The translations under genes and the position numbers were made by a program. Below are positions 1-7,836 of a stretch of 9,002 nt of DNA, piece after piece. The notes beneath the pieces are model-generated. The model saw only the letters and a list, made by a program, of their open reading frames with translations, ran no database searches and had not been told where the DNA came from. The first letter of the stretch is position 1, and every line of letters begins with the position of its first letter. This stretch comes from Octopus sinensis (taxonomy: Eukaryota), in assembly GCF_006345805.1 (NCBI RefSeq), contig NW_021828137.1, positions 1 through 9,002 on the forward strand, in the 5' to 3' direction.

Positions 1-52
1 TATATGTATATATATTCGTGTATTTCACGTTATTTATTTATGTAAAGGTTTA

Positions 53-181
53 TTATATATATATATATATATATATATAATAAATATATATATATATAAT
101 GATATATATATGTTGATGTACGAGTATTTTCGTCACTGTATTTATAGGTCTTTCACACGTACAGGCACCCACACTCGTGTG

Positions 182-213
<32 letters not shown>

Positions 214-294
214 TACACCCCACACACACAACACAACCCCACACACACACACACACACACACACCACACACACACACACATATATATAGATATA
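53..294. repeat. Compound (TA)n/(CA)n microsatellite
   Basis: Directly visible TA and CA dinucleotide runs with short interruptions. Confidence 0.95.
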
Positions 295-321
295 GTCTTC
301 CCTTCTTTGGACTTTTTCGAT

Positions 322-356
322 ATTTCTGACGAGGAGCACCGCTCGAAACGTGAAAT
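322..356 (+). ncRNA. Minimal type I hammerhead-ribozyme-like motif of Penelope-like-element style (probably inactive)
   Basis: ATTT(322-325) CTGACGAG(326-333) GAGC-ACC-GCTC(334-344, 4-bp stem II) GAAAC(345-349) GTG(350-352) AAAT(353-356, pairs with ATTT). The cleavage triplet is GUG rather than NUH. Confidence 0.6.
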
Positions 357-433
357 CCTCTTTTCTTTCTTTTCCTGAGCGTCCAATAACACTGTACTCG
401 CGTTGTTGTTTTTTCTTGCTTGTTCATGTTTGG

Positions 434-798
<365 letters not shown>

Positions 799-892
799 TG
801 CCTGTTGAGATTCACTTTCACTGAATCATACAAACAGAAGCACGCACACGCACGCAGACTATGATTCAGAATTCGAGCGAAAGGCAGGATAG

Positions 893-1003
893 AATGAGAA
901 AGAAGGAGAGGAGAGGAGAGAGAGTGAGAAAGAGAGAGAGAGGGTGAGAGAGAAATAGTAAGATAGATAGATAAACAGGGTAACAGAGATGAGGAGGGAA
1001 TGA
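893..1003. repeat. GA-rich/(GATA)n low-complexity tract
   Basis: gagagagag / agatagatag runs. Confidence 0.85.
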
Positions 1004-1300
1004 ATAAAACCAAGGAAGGAAGACGATAATGACACCGAGTTTATTTTGAATATACTCATGAATACAATTGTGACTGTATAGAATGAATGTTATGAGCAGC
1101 GTTTTAAGTGTTCATTGACATGTAGTAGAATAATACAGGTTTGATAGCACTCTGATATCTCTATGAATGCATGTATATTCTTCAAGTGCCTCCATCTGAA
1201 CTGAAAAATATACAAGGAACGTGTTGGATTACTTGGGCGGCCATTTTAAAAGATATTCAAGGCTTTCGGATCTGATGACATTCATATGATTCTTACACGA

Positions 1301-1428
1301 TTTCTTTCTCACTCTGTCTCTGTCTGTTTGTCTGTTTGTCTGGCTCTGTCTCTTTCAGTCTGTCTGTCTCTCTCTGTGTCTCTGTCTCTTTCTGTCTGTC
1401 TGTCTCTCTCTCTGTGTCTCTATCTCTA
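1301..1428. repeat. (TC)n/(TCTG)n low-complexity tract
   Basis: tctgtctgtc / tctctctc runs. Confidence 0.9.
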
Positions 1429-1617
1429 GTTATTGTTGCACACTATATTCGAAGATAGGTAATTGTCGCTTGGCAATTGTAATATGTCACCGTGGTGCAG
1501 TGGACGAAGTCCTGGATTAGGTTTCTGTACGGGACTGTAACCGATCAAAGTTTATTCGACTTCATTTAAAACGCAAAAGGACTGGGAAAAGGTATGCGTG
1601 TCTCTAACTCTTTTCAC

Positions 1618-1940
1618 GTGGAGACGCAATGGCCCAGTGGTTAGGGTACCGGACTCGCGGTCGTAGGATCGCGGTTTCGATTCCCAGACTGGGCGTTGTG
1701 AGTGTTTATTGAACGAAAGCACCTATAGCTCCACAAGGCTCCGGAAGTGGGATGGTGGCAACCCCTGTTGTACTCTTTCGCCACAACTTTCTCTCTCTCT
1801 CTCTTCCCATTTCTTGAGTAACTCTGCGATGGACTGGCGTCCTGTCCAGCTGAGGGGAACATATACGCCATAGAAACCGGGAAATCGGGTCCATGAGCCT
1901 GGATAGGCTTGAAAAGGGCGCATAAATGAATTAAAAAGTC
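1618..1940 (+). mobile_element. tRNA-derived SINE (family C here) with V-domain-like central region
   Basis: Pol III A box TGGCCCAGTGG 1630-1640 and B box GGTTTCGATTCC 1673-1684. Body has CTGCGATGGACTGGCGTCCTGTCCAG and AGAAACCGGG, resembling the V-SINE domain (recalled). A-rich tail. Candidate TSD ctcttttcac 1608-1617 / ctctttacac 1941-1950 (9/10). Confidence 0.85.
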
Positions 1941-2081
1941 CTCTTTACACACCCTTCGAAGCCAGAGGACAGCTTAAACAAAGAAAAGAAAAAAAACCCA
2001 ATCTATCATGTTTTAGCACCAAGGTTATACGCACAGAAATACACATGCAGTCATGCATTTAATAAACTATTTATTATCAGG

Positions 2082-2360
2082 AAGGCTGCGAGCTGGCAGA
2101 ATCGCTAGCACGCCGGACGAAATGCTTAGCGGTATTTCGTCTGTCGTTACGTTGTGAGTTCAATTCCGCCGAGGCCACTTTGCCTTTCATCCTTTCGGGG
2201 TCGATAAATTAAGTACCAGTTACGCTCTGGGGTCGATATAATCGACTTAATACCTATGTCTGTCCTTGTTTGTCCCCTCTATGTTTAGCCCCTTGTGGGT
2301 AATAAAGAAATAGGTATTTCGTCTGCCGTTACGTTCTGAGTTCCAATTTCGCCGAGGTCG
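2082..2360 (+). mobile_element. SINE family A copy with internal 182-bp repeat unit
   Basis: Head aaggctgcgagctggcagaatcg, B-box-like gagttcaattcc, conserved ctttgcctttcatcctttcggggtcgataaattaagtaccag. ggtatttcgtctg recurs at 2131 and 2313. Homologous to copies at 5560-7131 and 7837. Confidence 0.88.
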
Positions 2361-2431
2361 CCGTAGGATTGAACCTGAAACAACGTGGTTACTAAAGCGA
2401 GTTTCTTAACCATACAAGCGTGCCTGCGCCT
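2361..2431 (-). mobile_element. tRNA-like head fragment of SINE family B
   Basis: Reverse complement aggcgcaggcacgcttgtatggttaagaaactcgct...caggttcaatcc aligns with the head of the 4315 copy. Confidence 0.7.
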
Positions 2432-2607
2432 GAAGAAACATTACATAATTAATATCTTGGAATTTACTACAAAAAACTTTTTAAAAATAAGTTGTTTTCT
2501 GTTAAAGAATACGAAAATAATATCTCAGTAGTTTTTAAGGATCTTTTAAAAATAAAATAAAATGCATTTCAATAGCAGATACAAGCAAGTAAACAAACAA
2601 GCAGCCA

Positions 2608-2705
2608 ACCACCACCACCACCACCACCACCACCACCGCCAACCACCACAACCACCACCACCACCACCGCCGCCGCCGCCACCACCACCACCACCACCAC
2701 CATCA
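2608..2705. repeat. (CCA)n trinucleotide microsatellite with (CCG)n interruption
   Basis: Directly visible; explains the poly-H/P/G/V/W ORFs. Confidence 0.95.
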
Positions 2706-2946
2706 CAAAATATCGTGCGCGTATATTCCAAGAGGAGAATAACATAAAGATAGAACTTGGCAAGGTTTTACCGTGTTGTTTGTTTGTTTGCGAGTGCCAG
2801 TGTAATTAACATTAGCCGCAAGAAATGAGTGGATTAATAAAATGTAAGACTTAGTGCCAAATATGGAAGACCGTTTAAGGGGTGGAGTGGATGTACATGC
2901 ATTTAAGACAAGTGCGCTATGTGTATTCTCTTATATTTTACCTACA

Positions 2947-2948
<2 letters not shown>

Positions 2949-2987
<39 letters not shown>

Positions 2988-3092
2988 GTGTGTGTGTGTG
3001 TGTGTGGTAGTATATATATATATATATTTATATATATATAGATATATATGTGTGTGTGTGTGTGTGTAGTTCTCTTGCATTTTACCTACATG

Positions 3093-3121
<29 letters not shown>
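2949..3121. repeat. Compound (TA)n/(TG)n/(CA)n microsatellite
   Basis: Directly visible. Confidence 0.92.
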
Positions 3122-3123
<2 letters not shown>

Positions 3124-3458
3124 CATTACTCTTTTACTTGTTTCAGTTCTTTGACTGCGGCCATGCTGGAGCACCGCCATTAGTCGATCAAATCGACCCC
3201 AGGACTTATTCTTTGTAAGCCTAGTACTTATTCTATCGGTCTCTTTTGCCGTATCACCATCGGTTGTCAAGCGATGTTGGGGGGACAAACACAGGCACAA
3301 ACACACACACACACACATACATATATACGACGGGCTTCTTTCAGTTTCCGTCTACCAAATCCACTCACAAGGCTTTGGTCGGCCCGAGGCTATAGTAGAA
3401 GACACTTGCCCAAGGTGCCACGTAGTGGGAATGAACCCTTACCACACAGCCACTCCTG
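3122..3458 (-). mobile_element. SINE family B copy with two internal deletions
   Basis: Reverse complement aligns with 4315-4732 (aggagtggctgtgtggtaag head, ggcaccttgggcaagtg, ggatttggtagacggaaactgaaagaagcccgtcg, ccagcatggccgcagtca, gtaaaagag tail). It lacks ~28 nt between the A and B boxes and ~25-30 nt in the 3' body. Confidence 0.9.
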
Positions 3459-3481
3459 TATATATATATATATATGTGTGT

Positions 3482-3533
<52 letters not shown>

Positions 3534-3625
3534 TGCATGCGTATTTCTCTATATGTATGTATATATACTACATATATGATATATATATATATATATGTGT
3601 GTATGTGTGCGTGTGTGTGTATGTA
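3459..3625. repeat. (TA)n/(TG)n microsatellite
   Basis: Directly visible. Confidence 0.93.
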
Positions 3626-3741
3626 CAATGCTCGTATACTTCTATTATTTATTCGTATTACATCCATGTACCATTATATAGCCTCACTATGAGTTAAATT
3701 ATAATATAAACATATTTTATTAATACCATTTATGTGCAGAA

Positions 3742-3784
3742 TCTCCCGACAGCCGTTTCACGGTTTGTCGTTCTTCAGAGAAGA
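3742..3784 (-). ncRNA. Minimal type I hammerhead ribozyme (core intact)
   Basis: Minus strand: UCUUCU(3784-3779) CUGAAGA(3778-3772) ACG-ACAAAC-CGU(3771-3760) GAAA(3759-3756) CGGCU GUC(3750-3748) GGGAGA(3747-3742). Stem I is 6 bp (2 G-U), stem II is 3 bp, and stem III ACGGCUGU is self-complementary. AATAAA lies ~20 nt downstream (3721-3716). Confidence 0.7.
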
Positions 3785-3842
3785 CGTGCTCGATTTTCTT
3801 CTCCAGTGAATACCATAGGCCAACTGCTATTACAAAGCAGTC

Positions 3843-3881
3843 ACAAATTAAGCTAGTACCACTGCGGATAGCTTAATTTGT
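3843..3881. repeat. Perfect 13-bp inverted repeat (hairpin) with 13-nt loop
   Basis: acaaattaagcta (3843-3855) / tagcttaatttgt (3869-3881). Confidence 0.9.
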
Positions 3882-4314
3882 ATCTTCGCGCTTTTCCCAG
3901 CTCATAGTTAAATTGATAATATCTATTTATGAATCCGGGCATGTCTTCTCTGAGGAGAGGGAGAACAAACGATAAAACGGTCCATCAAGAAACCGCTCCA
4001 CTTTATTTGACCTTCAGTTGGGGCATTGTAATAATTGAATATATTTCAGTTCTCCTCATTTACGCTGTGCTGTGCATGTAACAGCGATGTTTGAATTAAC
4101 GTAAATTACCGGAAGCTAGTAAATAGTTGGCAATTCGTTCTCTTCAGTGAAGTTAAGAGACTAAAAGCGGAACAACTAATTTAGAATCTCCTATTTATTC
4201 AATCATCGTAAACAATGAGAGCTCTGTTTAAGTTCTTCCTGTAGGGGAAAACTGCATGTCACGTTAACCCTATTGTATACAGACGTCCACCATAATCATG
4301 GCATATATGTCTGT

Positions 4315-4732
4315 AGGCGTCGGAGTGACTGAGTGGTAAGTAGCTTGCTTACCAACCACATGGTTCCGGGTTCAGTCCCACTGCGTGGCACCTTGGTTAA
4401 GTGTTTTCTACCATAGCCTCGGGCCGACCAAAGTCTTGTGAGTGGATTTGGTAGACGGAAACTGAAAGAAGCCCGTCGTATATATGTATATATGTGCATG
4501 TATGTATGTGTGTGTATATGTTTGTGTGTCTGTGTTTACCTCCCCACCATCGCTTGACAACCGATGCTGGTGTGTTTACGTCCCCGTAACTTAGCGGTTC
4601 GGCAAAAGAGACCAATAGAATAAGTACTAGGCTTACAAAGAATAAGTCCCTGGGTCGATTTGCTCGACTAAAGGTGATACTCCAGCATGGCCGCAGTCAA
4701 ATGACTGAAGCGAGTTAAAGAGTAAAAGAGTA
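4315..4732 (+). mobile_element. Near full-length SINE family B (tRNA head, CORE-like motif, internal TA/TG microsatellite)
   Basis: A-box-like TGACTGAGTGG 4326-4336, B-box-like GGGTTCAGTCCC 4368-4379, accttgg(tt)aagtg CORE-like start, internal (TA/TG)n, tail aaagagtaaaagagta. Possible TSD tatgtctgt 4306-4314 / tatgtatgt 4731-4739. Confidence 0.9.
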
Positions 4733-4935
4733 TGTATGTGTGTGTCCCACCATTGCTTGACAACCGGTGTTGGTTTGTTTACGTCCCCCAACTTAGCAGT
4801 TCTGCAAAAGAGACCGATAGAATAAGTAGGAGGCTTTAAAAAATTTTAATAAGTACTGGAGTCGATTCATTCGACTAAGAAACTGTTTTAAGGTGGTGCT
4901 CCAGTATGGATGAAACAAATGAAAGATAAAAGATA
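4733..4935 (+). mobile_element. 3' half of a second, more diverged family B SINE
   Basis: ccaccattgcttgacaaccgg...gtttacgtcccc..acttagcagttctgcaaaagagaccgatagaataagta aligns with 4544-4628, and the similarity continues to an aaagataaaagata tail. Confidence 0.82.
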
Positions 4936-4937
4936 TT

Positions 4938-5009
4938 CAGAGATAGATAGATAGACAGATAGACAGATAGAGTGAGCGTGTGAAAGAGTGAGTGAGAAAA
5001 AGGTAGGGA

Positions 5010-5046
<37 letters not shown>

Positions 5047-5062
5047 TGAGAAGGAAGTGAGA
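4938..5062. repeat. (GATA/GACA)n and (GA)n microsatellite
   Basis: Directly visible. Confidence 0.9.
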
Positions 5063-5559
5063 TAATGGCAGAAACAAAAATATTCTGGAATCCATTGAAA
5101 CAATACGTGTTCCCTCTTATACGAAGAAAAAAAAATGAAAGTATGGCGTCGTTGCTTTTATGTTATGTCGTTAAGACCACCCTTAGTGTTTTGAAAGGAT
5201 AGAAAGAAGAGGCTTGATACGTGATACCTTTTAAAATATAATTGTGGCACAGTTTCTATTTATTTCATTTCAGGAGCTAAAAAATGTTATTGTGTAATAA
5301 AGATGTGCTTTTCATTCCTAAACTTAATTAACAGTTTTACAAACTAATTCATTATTTCAAAACATCGTGTTTGGTACGTTATTGAGACGCCCCGAGTAAG
5401 CTGTCGGCAGCAAGAAAAGATTCCTCGGTTTAATTAGGGAGCCAAAGCCATTAATCTAATGTTGAGGCAAAAAAAAAATAGTGATTGTGTGACATCAAAG
5501 ACTTTTACGAACGGTGTTACAACAAGGAGTTCTGGCTTTGTTTAATTTGTGTTAAAAAA

Positions 5560-6203
5560 AAGGCGACGAGCTGACAGAACCGTTAGCGAGTCGTTCAAAG
5601 CGCTTAGCATCAGGCCCACCGGATCTTTACATTCTAAGTTCAAATTACGACGGGGTCGACTTTAGCTTTTGTCCTTTTGGGGGTCGATAAATTGTTGGGC
5701 ACTGGGAGGGTCGGTGGAATCGACTTACCCCCTTCTGGGTTAAAATTCCGCTGAATTCGACTTTGCCCTTTTAGCCTTTCGGAGTCGATAAAATAAAGTA
5801 CCACTTGTGGAGCGCTGTGGTCGATGTAATCGGCTTATCCACTTCTGAGTTCAAATTCCGCTGAGGTCGACTTTGCCCTTTTAGCCTTTCGGAGTCGATA
5901 AAATAAAGTACCACTTGTGGAGCGCTGTGGTCGATGTAATCGGCTTATCCACTTTTGAGTTCAAATTCCGCTGAGTTCGACTTTGCCCTTTTAGCCTTTC
6001 GGAGTCGATAAAATAAAGTACCACTTGTGGAGCGCTGTGGTCGATGTAATCGGCTTATCCACTTTTGAGTTCAAATTCCGCTGAGGTCGACTTTGCTTTT
6101 CATCCTTTTGGGGTCGATAAAGTAAGTATCAGCTGATCATTGCGAATCGTTGTAATCGACTAACACCCACTCCTAAAATTGTTGGCCTTGTGCCAAAATT
6201 TGA
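5560..6203 (+). mobile_element. SINE family A copy expanded by an internal tandem array
   Basis: Head aaggcgacgagctgacagaaccgttagc, five successive gttcaaattccg..gtcgacttt..gtcgataaa modules, 3' end ggccttgtgccaaaatttga. Confidence 0.82.
5732..6061 (+). repeat. 110-bp minisatellite, 3 near-identical units, derived from SINE A internal region
   Basis: Units start at 5732, 5842 and 5952 (the next, diverged, at 6062). aaattccgctga recurs with exact 110-bp period. Confidence 0.95.
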
Positions 6204-6206
6204 GTA

Positions 6207-6374
6207 AAGCAGTGAGCTGGAAGAATCGTATTCGAGTAGGACATAGCGGCATTTCTAGCTCTATACGTTCTGAGTTCAAATGGTACCGAGGTCGACTCTG
6301 CCTTTTTTTTTGCCTTCTGGAGTCGATAAAATAAATACCAGCAGTTCTTGGGTCGAAGTAATCGACTTGACTCC
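6207..6374 (+). mobile_element. Diverged SINE family A copy (5' part)
   Basis: aagcagtgagctggaagaatcgt head, tacgttctgagttcaaat, gaggtcgactctgcc, gtcgataaaataaataccag. Confidence 0.8.
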
Positions 6375-6532
6375 ATCGACTCCAGTGCGTAAGTGGTATT
6401 TATTTCATCGGCACCGAAAGGGTGAAAGTCAAAGTCAAACTCGGTGAAATTTGGAACCAGAACGTAAAGACGGACGGAATGCCACCAAGAAGTTTATCCA
6501 GTGTCCCAACGATTCTGCCAGCTTGCTGCCTT
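6375..6532 (-). mobile_element. Diverged SINE family A copy (5' part), inverted relative to 6207-6374
   Basis: Ends in aacgattctgccagcttgctgcctt, the reverse complement of the family A head. cgaaagggtgaaagtcaaagtcaaactcgg is the reverse complement of the conserved domain. Confidence 0.8.
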
Positions 6533-6544
6533 ACACGAAATAAT

Positions 6545-7131
6545 GTTAATGATAATCCTTTTTACTAAAGGCACAACGCCTGAAATTTTGAGTGAGTGGG
6601 TAAATCGATGACATCGACCCCAGTACTTGACTGGAACTTAATTTATTGACGCTGAAAGGATGAAAGGCAAAGTCGATTTCGGCGCAATTTGAAACCAGAA
6701 CGTAGCGACGGACGAAATATCTGTTTCTTTATTACCCACAAGGGGCTAAACACAGAGGGGACAAACAAGGACAGACAAACGGATTAAGTCGATTATATCG
6801 ATCCCAGTGCGTAACTGGTACTTATTTAATCGACTCCGAAAGGATGAAAGGCAAAGTCGACCTCGGCGGAATTTGAACTCAGAACGTAACAGCAGACGAA
6901 ATACCTATTTCTTCACTACCCACAAGGGGCTAAACACAGAGATGACAAACAAGGACAGACAAAGGGATTAAGTCGATTATATCGACCCCAGTGCGTAACT
7001 GGTACTTATTTAATCGACCCCGAAAGGATGAAAGGCAAAGTCGACCTCGGCGGAATTTGAAACCAGAACGTAGCGACGGACGAAATATCGCTAAGCAGTT
7101 TTTCCGGCGTGCCAACGATTCTCGCTGCCTT
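6545..7131 (-). mobile_element. SINE family A copy containing 184-bp internal multimer
   Basis: gacgaaata recurs at 6711, 6895 and 7079 (period 184). Head ends at 7131 and the tail lies near 6545-6590. Flanked by the 12-bp direct repeat acacgaaataat (6533-6544 / 7132-7143). Confidence 0.9.
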
Positions 7132-7137
7132 ACACGA

Positions 7138-7186
7138 AATAATACTAATAATAACAGTAATAATAACAGTAATAATAATCATCATC
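7138..7186. repeat. Degenerate (AAT)n microsatellite
   Basis: aataataacagtaataataacagtaataataatcatcatc. Confidence 0.85.
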
Positions 7187-7528
7187 TTTTGTGATATTCG
7201 AACTCAAAACGTAGAGGATCGTAACCGTATAAAGAAGCACAATATTTAGTCCAGTATTCCGCAAGCTGTTGACAATTCGCCATTCTTGTATTCCTTTATA
7301 GAAATTGCTGCGCAAACAATAAATTTCGAACGCTTGGGATTGTTTTTTTTTCAGCAATAAAACTACCCGGAATATGTGATTAACGACAGAGAAATAGAAC
7401 CACAGGAATAGCAAGGCATTATACAGATCACTAAACGAATAAAGGAACAATATCTTTAGAAGAGGAGTGAGAGTTGTAGATTAAGAGGTAAGCTCCTGGA
7501 TTATTGTTCTCTGAACATAAACGCATAA

Positions 7529-7642
7529 ATACACACGCACACACACACAAACGTATGTACAGAGACAGGCATGTATACATACATTCGCATGCATACATAG
7601 ACACAGAAATGTATAGCCATACATATACACGTACACACACAT
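7529..7642. repeat. Degenerate (CA)n/(CATA)n tract
   Basis: Directly visible. Confidence 0.8.
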
Positions 7643-7836
7643 TAACCACATTAACAAACGTTCATAAACAGAGAGAAAGACATAGCTGGAATTCTCTAAA
7701 GTAATGCATTTTTCAGGTTTAGCCTGTAACAAAGAAACTTACAGTTCAGCTAACATTTTCAGCTGTAATAGCACAGTTCTGTTTGCGTCTGGCTGTACAT
7801 AGACTGAGCACTGATCGTACATGTAACTGACTGATC

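Noticed and set aside
1112-1195. Minus-strand peptide MEALEEYTCIHRDIRVLSNLYYSTTCQ*, resembling a kinase catalytic loop (CIHRD)
   Set aside because: The catalytic-loop Asn should be 5 residues after Asp but is 6. There is no DFG or convincing donor site and the frame stops after 27 codons, so it is treated as chance.
1272-1300. CTGATGA hammerhead-like core
   Set aside because: No GAAA after the possible stem II and no matching stems I or III.
1488-1530. A-box-like TGGTGCAGTGG
   Set aside because: No recognisable B box or SINE body follows, so it is too degenerate to call.
1620-1695. Possible tRNA gene
   Set aside because: A and B boxes are present, but the cloverleaf is imperfect and the sequence runs into a SINE body with tail and TSD.
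2546-2763. Poly-His/Pro/Gly/Val/Trp ORFs
   Set aside because: Frames on both strands are open only because of the (CCA)n repeat, and there is no flanking coding signal.
5255-5380. Acceptor-like tatttcatttcag at 5273 as the start of a plus-strand exon
   Set aside because: Downstream frames are short or lack recognisable protein features, and there is no independent support.
5732-6061. Regularly spaced repeats suggestive of a CRISPR array
   Set aside because: Whole 110-bp units are repeated with no unique spacers, the sequence is SINE-derived, and the context is eukaryotic.
1641-7194. ORFs overlapping SINEs (e.g. 1641-1952, 3274-3579, 4296-4499, 6930-7194)
   Set aside because: They lie within non-coding SINE copies. 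The peptide shared by 3274 and 4296 simply reflects the repeat.
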